In this document: piece by piece, positions 20,044 to 30,464 of the stretch
Numbering within the stretch: position 1 is the first letter of the stretch
How the letters are laid out: the number at the start of each line of letters is the position of its first letter
From: an uncultured Campylobacter sp.
GTDB lineage: Bacteria; Campylobacterota; Campylobacteria; Campylobacterales; Campylobacteraceae
Direction: 5' to 3'
NCBI RefSeq assembly: GCF_905373215.1
Contig: NZ_CAJPRT010000007.1
Span: 30,685-94,684, forward strand
DNA: 64,000 bases
Program-made: the position numbers and the translations under genes
Notes under the pieces: generated by a model
What the model saw: only the letters and a program-made list of their open reading frames with translations
The model's database searches: none
Told to the model about the DNA's origin: nothing

Positions 20044-21469
20044 ATTTTCCAAACCTGCCGACACGCTCTTTACGCAAATTTCAAGCGGCATCTATAAGGG
20101 CAAAAAGCTTTCCCTGCCCGCGCTTTCGAGCACGCGCAGCACGAAAAGCATCGTAAAAGGCTCGTTTTTCGATACGTGGCGGGCGGAGTTGCGCGGCGCG
20201 GTGTTTATCGAGTGCTTCGGCGGTAGCGGCGCGATGGCGCTTGAAGCGCTAAGCAACGGCGCAAAAAACGTTTATGCGATCGAAAAGGACGCTGCCGCGC
20301 ATAAGATCATGCGGAAAAATTTCGAGCTTTTCGGGCTCGGCGCAAATGCGATTTTGGGCGATTGCTTCGAGCGACTGCCCGAAATTTTGCACGATCTGCA
20401 AGCGAATATGAATGGATGCTCGGACGCGAATTCGCCAAATTTGAGCGGCAAAAATTTAGACAAAAACCATGCCGCCACCTACCGCAAAAATTTAGACGGC
20501 GAAAAAGACGGCTGTCGCAAAAGCTTTAGTGGCGTAGAGCAGGGCGAGAACCCATACTGCGGCACGCAAAGCGGCGTGAAAAATTTGGCTAAATGCGGCA
20601 TGCGAAGCGGTATATCGGACAGCGCGCAAAATGGCGCGCAAAGCGGCACAAATGGTGATTACGCAGGCGATGAGAGCTTTGGCGGTTGTGCCCAGATTGG
20701 CGATTATGCGAGCGCTTCTAGTATAAAATACTGCGTGAATTCGCTAGCCACGGACGCCATGAGCTTTAGCGAAAAGTTTGACGATAACCGCATTTCTCAA
20801 TACGACGCGAGTGGCACCGAGACCGCTAATCGCAACGTAAATTTAAGCTCAAAATGCGGCGAAAGTTCTAATTTTGACGCAAATCGAGGTACGGGCTTAG
20901 GCGCGAGTTGCGAAGAGAAAGAAATTTTAAATTTAGGCGAAAATTTTAGCACTAGTTGCGGAGAAAGTTTATATTCAAGCGCAAATTTCATCTATGATTC
21001 AAGAAAAAATTCTGCTGAGAATTCTGACGGCAAATTTAGCCCCAAGTGCAGAGAAAATTCACGCCCAAACGTAAATTTAACCCGTGGTTCAGGAAAAAAT
21101 TTCGCCGCCAACTCCCGTGAAAATTTAGCATGCGGTTTAGGCGAAAGCTCTACCGCAAACGATTTAGGCAAATGTTCTGCCGCAAATTTTAGCGAAAGCC
21201 ATGCCGCAAATTCTAGTGAAAATTCCATCTCTGATCCCGCGCGCAGAGTGTTTGTATATCTGGACCCGCCGTTTGCGATCAGGCAGGGCTTTGGCGAGAT
21301 TTACGAGCGAGTGCTGGCGCTGATAGCGCGCCTAGGCTCCGTGCAGTGTGAGCTGCTAATCGCGATCGAGCATATGAGCGAGCTTGAGCTGCCGCCTAAA
21401 ATCGGCGATTTCACTCTGCTTAAATTGCGCAAATTCGGCGCTACGACGATGAGTTACTACGCAAAATGA
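20036..21469 (+). CDS. rsmD: 16S rRNA m2G966 methyltransferase with ~280-aa in-frame insertion
   Basis: ISSGIYKGKKL, TRSTK, ECFGGSG.MALEALSNGA, YLDPPF and RKFGATT motifs. Confidence 0.88.
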   Translation: MAKFSKPADTLFTQISSGIYKGKKLSLPALSSTRSTKSIVKGSFFDTWRAELRGAVFIECFGGSGAMALEALSNGAKNVYAIEKDAAAHKIMRKNFELFGLGANAILGDCFERLPEILHDLQANMNGCSDANSPNLSGKNLDKNHAATYRKNLDGEKDGCRKSFSGVEQGENPYCGTQSGVKNLAKCGMRSGISDSAQNGAQSGTNGDYAGDESFGGCAQIGDYASASSIKYCVNSLATDAMSFSEKFDDNRISQYDASGTETANRNVNLSSKCGESSNFDANRGTGLGASCEEKEILNLGENFSTSCGESLYSSANFIYDSRKNSAENSDGKFSPKCRENSRPNVNLTRGSGKNFAANSRENLACGLGESSTANDLGKCSAANFSESHAANSSENSISDPARRVFVYLDPPFAIRQGFGEIYERVLALIARLGSVQCELLIAIEHMSELELPPKIGDFTLLKLRKFGATTMSYYAK

Positions 21470-22254
21470 AAAGCTTAAAACAAATTTTAGATTATTACGC
21501 CGATTTGAAAAATTGCGACGCGGATCTTTTCGGCGCGCCCGATCCGCTGCAGGTCGCAAAGGGACATCGAAACGACGTCGTAGCGCTCATCTGCGCGCTG
21601 TTTGCTTACGGGAGCGCGGCTCAAATTTTAAAATTCCTCCGCTCGCTTGATTTTTCGCTTTTAGACGGGAGCGATGAGCGCATTGGCGCGGAGCTTGCGG
21701 GCAAAAAATATAGATTTCAAAGCCCGCGCGACGTCGCTGAAATTTTTATAACTTTAAAGCGGCTTAAAAATAGCCTTAGCATCGAAGATAGCGTGCTTTG
21801 CGGCATGCAAAAAAGCGGACGGATCGAGGATGGGATAAATTTTTTAATCGGCGAGATTTACAGATTAAATCCCTACCGCAGCCCGGGATATGAGTTTTTT
21901 TTCGGGCGCGGCTTCGCGCAAAGGCCCACGTCGCCGTACAAGCGCTACAATCTTTTCCTGCGCTGGGCGGTGCGCGACAGCGACATCGATCTGGGGCTGT
22001 ATAGAAAGATCGAAAAATCGCGCCTCCTCATCCCGCTCGATACCCATACGCATAAAGTTTCGCTTAAGCTTGGGCTGATCGATCGCAAGAGTTACGATTT
22101 TGAGGCGGTTTTGCAGCTTACACAAAGCTTAAGGCACTTCGATCCGAGCGATCCCATCAAATACGACTTCGCGCTGTATCGCCTCGGACAGAGCGGCGAG
22201 ATAGATAAAATTTTGCCCGAACTAAGCGCGAGTTTAGATAAAACTGCGAAGTAA
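21466..22254 (+). CDS. TIGR02757 family protein
   Basis: PDPLQ, ALFAYG, KRYNLFLRWAVR, PLDTH and DPIKYDFALYR motifs. Confidence 0.88.
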   Translation: MKSLKQILDYYADLKNCDADLFGAPDPLQVAKGHRNDVVALICALFAYGSAAQILKFLRSLDFSLLDGSDERIGAELAGKKYRFQSPRDVAEIFITLKRLKNSLSIEDSVLCGMQKSGRIEDGINFLIGEIYRLNPYRSPGYEFFFGRGFAQRPTSPYKRYNLFLRWAVRDSDIDLGLYRKIEKSRLLIPLDTHTHKVSLKLGLIDRKSYDFEAVLQLTQSLRHFDPSDPIKYDFALYRLGQSGEIDKILPELSASLDKTAK

Positions 22255-22259
22255 GTCGG

Positions 22260-22740
22260 CGGAATTTCTCGGTACGCGTGATGAAATTTTATGAAGTTTT
22301 AGTGCGGGTGTGCGGCGGAATTTTGCGCTGTGCTGCCGCATAAGTGGAGCTGGCTTTATGGATTTTGCCGCGCGCCTTAAGTACAACGCGCCGAAATTTC
22401 ATAAAATTTTAGCAAGAGATCGCTTCATAAAATTCTGCAAATTTCACGGAGAGCCGCGCGAAATTTATAGGGCTATCTTGTAGAATTTGGGTAAAATTCC
22501 GTCGCTTTGCGTTATTAAAATTTTACGAAATTTTGCAGCTCGCGCACGACGCGATAAATTGCATGGAGCTAAAATGGCAATCGCGCGACAAATTTCGTAA
22601 AATTTAAGCGGGAGCCGTGCAGCAAAATCCGATATAATTCCGCGAAATTTTATAGGATTTCACGAAATTCTAGCAGGCGCTCGTATGCACTTTGCGGCGC
22701 ATGAGCAGTTTTACGATCGTAATTGCGCGGAATTTTTCGC
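22260..22740. repeat. Degenerate intergenic array with paired RAATTY sites about 10 bp apart
   Basis: gaaatttcataaaattttag, aaaattctgcaaatttc, aaaattttacgaaattttg and caaatttcgtaaaatttaag units. Confidence 0.65.
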
Positions 22741-22785
22741 AGACACTCGCGGGTGCCGTCTGCGTAATTTGAGAAAAGGACAAAA

Positions 22786-23547
22786 ATGGAGCTTGAGCTT
22801 TGGCAGTTCGTGGTGCTTTTTGCGGCAGCGTTTTTCGGCGGATTTATCGACTCGATCGCGGGCGGCGGCGGGCTGATCTCGCTGCCTGCGCTGCTTGCCG
22901 TGGGCGTTCCGCCGCATGTAGCGATCGCCACAAATAGATTTCAAGGCAGTTTCGGAAGCTTCACCGCCGCTTTAAATTTCATCCGCAAGGGCTACGTCGA
23001 TGCGGCGGAGATCCTGCGCGGCGTGATTTTTACGTTCGTAGGCGGGCTAGTCGGCGCTTATGTCCTGCTTCTAATCGATGCGAAATTCCTAAACTACCTC
23101 ATTCCGATCCTGCTGCTGGCGCTTTTCTTTTATATGATTTTTTCGCCAAACCTAGGCGAAGCGCCCGCAAGACCTAAGATGTCAAAAAATAGCTTTTACG
23201 CGATTTTTGGGCTTGTTTTGGGGTTTTATGATGGGTTTTTCGGTCCCGGTACAGGCTCGTTTTGGACGTTTGCGCTCGCAGGAATTTTGGGGCTTTATAT
23301 GAAAAAGGCGGTCGCATACACGAAGGTTTTAAATTTCACCTCAAACATCGTCTCTTTAGGCGTTTTTATCATCGGCGGGCAAATTTTATGGCTCGTCGGA
23401 GCGGTGATGGCGGTCGGGCAGATCGCGGGCAGCTTCGCAGGCTCAAGCCTAGTAATGCGATGCGACGTAAAATTCGTGCGCAAGATGCTTCTGTTCGTCG
23501 TTGCCGCGACGATTTTAAAGCTGCTTTATGGACTGATTGCAAATTGA
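22786..23547 (+). CDS. TSUP (TauE/SafE, YfcA-like) transporter
   Basis: GFIDSIAGGGGLISLP and GFYDGFFGPGTG motifs. Confidence 0.92.
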   Translation: MELELWQFVVLFAAAFFGGFIDSIAGGGGLISLPALLAVGVPPHVAIATNRFQGSFGSFTAALNFIRKGYVDAAEILRGVIFTFVGGLVGAYVLLLIDAKFLNYLIPILLLALFFYMIFSPNLGEAPARPKMSKNSFYAIFGLVLGFYDGFFGPGTGSFWTFALAGILGLYMKKAVAYTKVLNFTSNIVSLGVFIIGGQILWLVGAVMAVGQIAGSFAGSSLVMRCDVKFVRKMLLFVVAATILKLLYGLIAN

Positions 23548-23657
23548 TTACAGACCGGTTGAGGGCCGATCTCAGGCTAATTTCAAGCTAAAATCATAGA
23601 ATTTTATACAGGATTTCGTATAAAATTTCGCGTAAAATTTTATGAGCTCTCGCTGAT

Positions 23658-24060
23658 ATGCTACGGCAGCGTCGATCTTACCGTAGCATTACACAGATTA
23701 CACTGCGACGGAGCCGACTTTGCTACCGCGACAGCGCCGATCTTGCCGCCTCGATGGTGCTTAGTTTACTGCTGCGGCGTCGATTTTGCCGCAGTGTTGC
23801 GCCGAACTTACTGCGACACTGCCAATTTACTACTGCAGCGTCGATTATATCGTAGCTTCGCGCTGATCTTGTCGCGACTACGCTAATTTCCCGCTGCTGC
23901 GATGTTGATTCTATTGCCGTTGCGTCGGAGGTCTCGCTTGTCGCGAGGTCTTTGATTTTATTTTTTCGATATCGCTGATTTTGCTCCGCTACATCGACTA
24001 CTTCGTTGCCGCGCTTGTTACTGCGAGGATTTTAATTGCATTGCGCGGTGTCGCACTGAT
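23658..24060. repeat. Degenerate ~20-bp GC-rich tandem array (about actgcggcagcgtcgatttt)
   Basis: gctacggcagcgtcgatct, accgcgacagcgccgatct, actgctgcggcgtcgatttt and actactgcagcgtcgatt units. Confidence 0.6.
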
Positions 24061-24904
24061 TTTTTTATGACGGCGCTGTTCTTTCTGCTGCGATGGTGGC
24101 GATTTTGGCGTTGCTTTTACCGCCCCGTCGCCCGTATCACTACCGTGGGGAGCTTGATTTTGCTGTCGCGACATTGATGGTCTTGATGGTGCAAAGATTT
24201 GATTTGCTGCACAACGATGCCGATAAAGTTTCGTCCATTCGCATCGGTTAAATTTAGCCACACTGCCCGTATCTATTTCGTCGTATCGCCATGCATTCAT
24301 GCGGTCTGTCCGCCGCCGATAGAGTCGTCGTATTGCCGAGCGCGCGGCGTTATCATGCCCGCATTGATGAAATTAATCGGATACCGTCGCGCACGCCTCT
24401 TTCCAGCTTACTCGCTTTTTAAAATACACGCCACCGTTAGCGAGCTGTTTTGCTCGCCCTGCGCTCGTGCCGACAGTTCAACCATTTGCTATGCAGATTC
24501 GCCGCCGTGCCCGTATAGATTAAATTTAGTCGCACTTTCACGCGCTGTTTTCTGCGCCCGTCAGCTTTTTAAATTTTGCCGTTTCGCCGCCACGGCTTGT
24601 TATTTCGCGCTAGCTTCTCGCATATTGTCCGCTGTATTTGTGCGATAAATTTAACCGTATTGCCGCACCTACCGTTTCACTCTGATATCGTAGGCGAAAT
24701 TTTGCCTATCCATGCCATTTAAATTTGTCGCATTACTGCGTATCTGTTTCGCTTCGCCCGCCGAAATTTACCCGCCTCTTGCCGCCAATTAAATTTCCTC
24801 ACACCCGCCACACTCGCAATCTCGCTCGCAAAATTCCGCCGCCTAAAGCAATGCTAAAATATTTTGCGATAAAATGGGCGAAATTTTTTACAAAGGATTT
24901 TTCT

Positions 24905-25282
24905 ATGCAGATTATCTCGACTCCCGATGCGGCGCAGGCCATCGGACCGTACTCCCAGGCGATCAAGGCGGGCGGGCTCATCTTTACCTCGGGGCAGATC
25001 GCGCTTAAGCCCGACGGCGAGTTTGTCGCGGGCGGCGTGGAGGCGCAGGCAAGGCAGGTTTTGCAAAACCTCGCCGCGATCCTGAAAGAGGCGGGCGCGA
25101 CGCTGCAAGATGCCGTCAAAACGACGATTTTTCTGGCCGATATGGGCGATTTTGCCGCGGTGAACGAGATATACGCAGCGGCGTTCGGCGAGCACAAGCC
25201 GGCTCGCAGCACGGTGCAGGTCGCCAAACTCCCCAAGGGGGCGCTTGTGGAGATCGAAGTAATAGCGCTGGCTAGGGCTTAG
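24905..25282 (+). CDS. ridA: RidA/YjgF family enamine deaminase
   Basis: IGPYSQA, FTSGQI, PARSTVQV and LVEIE motifs; start at ATG 24905 after an AAGGA SD. Confidence 0.9.
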   Translation: MQIISTPDAAQAIGPYSQAIKAGGLIFTSGQIALKPDGEFVAGGVEAQARQVLQNLAAILKEAGATLQDAVKTTIFLADMGDFAAVNEIYAAAFGEHKPARSTVQVAKLPKGALVEIEVIALARA

Positions 25283-25498
25283 CGCTAAATTTAGATCGCT
25301 AGAACTCTGTCGGTTCGCGTTTGCGGTCAAAATTTATGCGCGGACCGCTTTAAATTTAAGCGGCTCGCTTTAGCCTTGAAGCTGCGCGAGCTTTTAAATT
25401 TAGATTCTCAAAGCCGCGCCAAAGGCCCGCGGGTTCATGCAAACAGCGCGTCTCGGTGCGCTAAGGCATCAAAATTTCTCGCTCAAAATAGGATCAAA

Positions 25499-26194
25499 AT
25501 GATATAAAAGCTTATTCAAAAATCTAAAAATATCACGGCCGCGGGACGCAGCGACATAGAGCCCGCATGGATTGTGCAGGCGCAGCGGCGGCTCGGTTTC
25601 GCGCTGCCTGCGAACTACAAGCAGGTGCTGCTAAGATACGCTAGCGTGAGCGCGGCGGGGACGGAGCTAAAAACGATCGCGCCGCCCGAGTTTGCGGATA
25701 GTGCCGACGCCGACATCTGCTACACGTATGAGGTAAATCTAAAAAATGGCCTATTCGCCGCGGACGAGCTCGTATTTTTGCAGCTCGAGGACGAGGAGTA
25801 TTATTTTAAAATTTCGCCCGCAAGCGACATAGCGGACGGCTCGTCTAATACGGCGCGTGGCAAGACGGCGGAGAGCATGAGCGGCGAAGCCGCGGGTGAG
25901 AAGGCGCGCGATACGGTAGCCGACGGTGCGGAAAATAGGGCATCTGGCGACGAAGCGCTCGCGGATAGATCGCTGGATGCGGCATGTGATATAAATGCCG
26001 AAGCAGCAGATGAAACGACGTGCAAAGCTGCAGGCGCGACAATGAGCGAGGCGGCAAGTAGAGCGACGAAAGAGATAACGAGCGAGCAGGCAGGCGACGC
26101 GCCGTGCGAATACCCCGTATATGTGCGCGACTACGCAGAGGGTGAGGATAGGCTTTTCGCGGACGATTTTTACGGGTTTTTGGAAAAATTTTAA
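25499..26194 (+). pseudogene. SMI1/KNR4 family gene with a premature stop at codon 3 (or restarted at GTG 25574); in-frame insertion
   Basis: SD then ATG ATA TAA AAG CTT..., in frame with the ORF at 25574; AQRRLGFALPANYK and FADDFYGFL motifs. Confidence 0.65.
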
Positions 26195-26227
26195 GACGAA
26201 ATTTAACGCAAAATCAGGAGAGGCGAA

Positions 26228-27244
26228 ATGGGACTGTTTGACATCTTTAAAAATGATAAATTTGACGTCGACGTGCGCTCGGACGGCGTTTTTATCGGCG
26301 GCGTAAACTGCGAGTTTGATCTAGCTAAGTTTAACGAAGCCTTGGGCCAGCCGCGCGTGATCGATGACGGAGATGGCAAAAGCCGATATTTTTGGGATGA
26401 AGCGGGGATTTTCGCCTTCGTGCGCGCAGACAAGCTCGCAGAACCGAGGCTTTCCGAGATAGTTTTGATGCTTGAGGTCGCAAAGGGCGTGCAGCACGAG
26501 GTTCCGCACAAGCTCTACGGCGGCGCATTCACGCTTGAGGGCAGGCCACCGATTGAGGCCGTGCCGGAGCAGGAGCTGCGCGGCGCATATATATTTTTGG
26601 AGCTTAGCCTAGGCAAATTCGAAGTCTCGCTAGCTCTCGCCGAGGCTGTGCAGGAGCACATAGGTGCGATGGACTTCGCCGAGCGCTTCGCTAAGCGCGA
26701 CACCGACGAGATCGCAGACATCGTGCGAGCTGCGAAAATGCCGATAGGGCGCGTCTGCATCAATCAGAAGGCGAAAAAGGCGAAGCGAAAACCGAGCGAT
26801 AAATTTAAGCTTCCGCGCGCGGCTGGCGAGACGCTTCTGTTTAAAAATTTCAATTTCAAAATCGCCGTGATGAACGAGCTGATGTATGAAAAATCCCTGC
26901 TACAGCCCAAATTTGACGTGTTTGAGTACTGCGAAGAGCGAGGCATCGATCCGTACGCGGACTTCGGCGCGCTGCCGCAAGCCAAAAAGTGGTTCAAGGA
27001 CTATCCGGTTCCCGCAGATTTGGCGGAGCAGGTGAGCGAGCTATATCTTGACGGCGGAAACGAAATTTACCTACAAATCGCGCCTGATTGGGACGGCGAA
27101 GATGAGCTTTTCGACATTAAAAACATTGACGCCGCCGAGCTTGCGCCCTTCATTAATCTTAAGAAAATCGAGACGACCGGCATCGGTATATCGAAAAAGG
27201 CGCGAAAAGCCTGCGCGGATGCGGGGATTACGGTAGTCGATTGA
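26228..27244 (+). CDS. DUF6892-like domain protein, putative immunity protein
   Basis: MGLFDIFK start; FKNFNFKIAVMNELMY...DGGNEIY.QIAP.WDGED..FDI C-terminal domain. Confidence 0.7.
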   Translation: MGLFDIFKNDKFDVDVRSDGVFIGGVNCEFDLAKFNEALGQPRVIDDGDGKSRYFWDEAGIFAFVRADKLAEPRLSEIVLMLEVAKGVQHEVPHKLYGGAFTLEGRPPIEAVPEQELRGAYIFLELSLGKFEVSLALAEAVQEHIGAMDFAERFAKRDTDEIADIVRAAKMPIGRVCINQKAKKAKRKPSDKFKLPRAAGETLLFKNFNFKIAVMNELMYEKSLLQPKFDVFEYCEERGIDPYADFGALPQAKKWFKDYPVPADLAEQVSELYLDGGNEIYLQIAPDWDGEDELFDIKNIDAAELAPFINLKKIETTGIGISKKARKACADAGITVVD

Positions 27245-27986
27245 GTGTAGGAACAGACTTTGAGCTATACAGCGCGCGGTTTAAAAAGCTGAAGTAGGCT
27301 TTTAAACTGCGGTACGCGCTCTTAAAAGGTCGTAATTGTTACCGTGCCGCGCAAAATTCTACTTATAGCGAGCGCTATGAATGAGCTTTGAAAGGCGCTT
27401 GGCGAAGCATCTGACACATCTAATCTGGCGCGCGTTAAAAGCTTAGAGGAAGCCTATTTACAGCGTAAGAGCTGCGTCGCTGAATACGCTAGATGAGTGC
27501 GTCGCGCGAGTAAATAATTTTCTTTTTGGCTTTTATGGAAAATTCACTGCGCAGCAAGTGGGTTAAATTTACCGCTTTTAAATTTTAAAATTTACAAAGA
27601 GCGCGCGCGGCTTTTAATGTGCGATTAAATTTAGACTTCATAGCGGCTTAAATTCTAAGCGCAGTTAAATGCGTTTTTAATTCTGTTTGTAGCTGTATCA
27701 TGTCATAAAATAGGGCAAGAGAACAGATCGCGTTTGCGCGCGTGTGGCGCGGATTAAATTAAAATTTCAGCTTTGAAATTTAGCCCGAATTTAAGGCTCG
27801 CACTTAAGAAGTGGTTTTGCGCGCTGATACCGAAAGCCTAGAAGATGTTTTAAATGCTCAAGTCTAGAAAGTATTTTGCAGGCGGTTCGCAAGAAAGTAT
27901 TTTTGAAATCCGCACCCAGAGTGTATTAAAACTAACAGAACGCGGTTCTGCTTTGCTGTTCTAAAACGCCGCTTCGAGGCTAAATT

Positions 27987-28673
27987 TCATAGCCGCATAA
28001 AGCCGTCGTCGTAGCTGCCTTCTAGCTTGCGGCGCATATCCTCGCGCCATTTTGGCGTAAGCGTCGTAAGTAGGTTAAATTTTGCTAACAGCCCTTCATC
28101 GAGGCGATCGCCGTAAAATAGACGGTTAAGCTCCATCACGCTCATCATAGCGGGGTCGCGCTCTACGACGTAGATCTCGTCGCCTGCGCGGCACGAGCCA
28201 GCCTCCAGCACGCGGTAGTACCAGCCGGTAAGTCCGCTGCGCGCGATCTCCGCCGTCATCTCCGCGTTACCCCAGCGCATCGAGAGCTTGTAGCAGGGCT
28301 TGCGCGGCTGGCTTACTTGTAGCACCAGCGAGCCTATGCGGTGCACATCGCCGATGCAGACGTTTTGCTCGTGTAATCCGCTGATCGTGAGGTTTTCGCC
28401 CATTGCGCCGTAGGCTAGATTTTTAAGCCCCAAAAATCTCTCCCATGCGGCGTAATTTTGCAGCGAGTTGGCAAAAATCGCCTTCTCCTCTCCGCCGTGA
28501 TGCAGCGTGTCAGCTACTGCGTCGCCCTCGAATCCAAGCTCATTCGCGCGCACTTCGCCCGCTCTAGCTTGCTTGAATATCGCCGTCTCCCAGCGCCTTT
28601 TTAGAGGCTGCGTAGCGCGCTCGTCGCCGTAAGTGCGCGGTTGCCCGGTCAGCAATGCCTTTAAAACGGGCAT
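27987..28673 (-). CDS. MOSC domain protein (YiiM-like)
   Basis: TAIFK, HHGG..KA, GENLT, QPRKPCYKL and GWYYRVL motifs. Confidence 0.92.
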   Translation of the reverse strand: MPVLKALLTGQPRTYGDERATQPLKRRWETAIFKQARAGEVRANELGFEGDAVADTLHHGGEEKAIFANSLQNYAAWERFLGLKNLAYGAMGENLTISGLHEQNVCIGDVHRIGSLVLQVSQPRKPCYKLSMRWGNAEMTAEIARSGLTGWYYRVLEAGSCRAGDEIYVVERDPAMMSVMELNRLFYGDRLDEGLLAKFNLLTTLTPKWREDMRRKLEGSYDDGFMRL

Positions 28674-28819
28674 TTTTCGCTCCTTAAAATTTGCATGCGT
28701 TCTCCTTAAATCATAAAATTTAGGCTAGGATTTTAGCTTGAAAAGAATTTTAAAATTCTAAATTTTGCGGCGATTTTGCGCTAAATTCCAAGCGCGGGCT
28801 TGAAATTTAGGGCGCGGCG

Positions 28820-30232
28820 TTATTTGTAGTCGTTTGCGTCGTAGCTTTTGCCGTCGTTAAAGTCGCTCAAAAGCCGCACGACGACGGGGCTAAGCAGGAT
28901 GATTGCGATTAAGTTGGGGATCACCATCAGTCCGTTAAACATATCGGCTAGCCCCCAGACTAGGTCGATCTTTTGCACGCTTCCTATGAATACGAATGCA
29001 ACGACCAAAATTTGCAAGAGCTTGACGAATTTTGCGCCCAGGAGGTATCGCACGTTGATCTCGGCGAAGTAATACCAGCCCAAAATCGTGGTAAATGCGA
29101 AGAAAAACAGGCAGATCGCCACGAAGCCGTAGCCGCCGCTGCGACCCAAAATTTGCGATCCGAAGGCCTCCTGCACCAGCGAGATGCCCGAAAATACCGC
29201 CTTGCCGTTTTCGAAGGTGACTACGTCGGTGCTGAGTACGACGAAAACGGTGATGTTAAGCACGATGAATGTATCGACGAAAACGCCCATTATGCCGAGC
29301 ACGGCTTGATCTACGGGGTGTTTGACGTTCGCCGCGGCGTGTGCGTGCGGCGTCGAGCCCATGCCGGCTTCGTTTGAAAAGAGTCCGCGCGCGATGCCGT
29401 ATCTCATCGCAGTAGCGATCGTAGCGCCCGTAGCGCCGCCCCAGGCAGCGGATGGATCGAACGCGGCTTTGAATATCAACGCGATGACGGATGGAATTTT
29501 ATCGAAATTTGAGCCGATGATGACGAGACCCACCAGCACGTAGCAGATCGCCATTATAGGCACGACCTTTTCGGCTACGCGCGCGATCGCTTTGACGCCG
29601 CCGAAAAAGATGACGCAGCAGATGAGCGCTAAGGTCGCGCCGCTCACCCACTTCGGAATCCCGAATGCGCCGCTAAAGCCGTCTGAGATGGAGTTTGCCT
29701 GCACCATATTACCCATGAAGCCTAAAGCAAAGATGATGGCTAGCGCAAAAAACGCCGCTAAAGGCTTGGCAAAGGGGCTTTTAAGTCCGCGGCTGATGTA
29801 AAACGCGGGCCCTCCGATCATATGTCCGCTATCGTCCTTGGTGCGGTAAATTTGAGCCAGGCAGATCTCTGCGAAATTCGTCGCCATGCCTAAAAACGCT
29901 GCGCACCACATCCAAAATATCGCACCCGGCCCGCCCATCACTAACGCGGTGCTGGCGCCTACCAGGTTGCCCGTACCGACCTGCGCCGCGATCGCCGTGG
30001 CGACGGCTTGGAACGAGCTCATGCCGCTTTTGCCCGCAGCCTCGCCGTGCAGGGAGAAGTTGCCGAAAAGCTTGTGCGCACCCATTCTAAATTTAAAAAT
30101 TTGCACTAAATGCAAGCGTGCCGTAAAATACGCGCCGGTACCGCAAAGTAGGGCGATTAGAAAGTACGGACCCCACAAAAAGGAGTTGATTGCGTCAATT
30201 GTGGCAGTGAGTTTGTCGAAAAAATTTTGCAT
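28820..30232 (-). CDS. Alanine/glycine:cation symporter (AGCS family)
   Basis: QVGTGNL, GGPGAIFWMW, GGPAFYI and RGLFSNEAGMGS motifs. Confidence 0.95.
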   Translation of the reverse strand: MQNFFDKLTATIDAINSFLWGPYFLIALLCGTGAYFTARLHLVQIFKFRMGAHKLFGNFSLHGEAAGKSGMSSFQAVATAIAAQVGTGNLVGASTALVMGGPGAIFWMWCAAFLGMATNFAEICLAQIYRTKDDSGHMIGGPAFYISRGLKSPFAKPLAAFFALAIIFALGFMGNMVQANSISDGFSGAFGIPKWVSGATLALICCVIFFGGVKAIARVAEKVVPIMAICYVLVGLVIIGSNFDKIPSVIALIFKAAFDPSAAWGGATGATIATAMRYGIARGLFSNEAGMGSTPHAHAAANVKHPVDQAVLGIMGVFVDTFIVLNITVFVVLSTDVVTFENGKAVFSGISLVQEAFGSQILGRSGGYGFVAICLFFFAFTTILGWYYFAEINVRYLLGAKFVKLLQILVVAFVFIGSVQKIDLVWGLADMFNGLMVIPNLIAIILLSPVVVRLLSDFNDGKSYDANDYK

Positions 30233-30464
30233 GATCTTTTCCGTGAATTTAAGATGCGAAAATATATTTTAAAAACTCTTAAATTCCTATAAATCGAGGG
30301 AAATTTAAGCGAAATTTTAAAGCGTTTTTATCATTTTACTCAAGCATTAAGCAAAGCGGTATGTGCCGTTTGCTCTGCATGCCAGCTTGCCAGCCAGATA
30401 AGCAGCTTAGAATTCCCGCCTTAGCTGTCGAAATTTGCAAAGCAATCAACTGAAATTTTTAAGC

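Noticed and set aside
20401..21240. Intein or mobile element in rsmD (also tlyA)
   Set aside because: No intein N-terminal block, no His-Asn C-terminus, no endonuclease or transposase motifs and no terminal inverted repeats; low-complexity composition
24199..24904. 149-aa ORF and the upstream extension of RidA
   Set aside because: Cys/Arg-rich, non-protein-like translations of degenerate repeats; RidA has its own SD at 24905
30233..30464. Glycine riboswitch upstream of the alanine/glycine symporter
   Set aside because: No GGAGA/CCGAAG/CTCTCAGG conserved aptamer motifs on the minus strand
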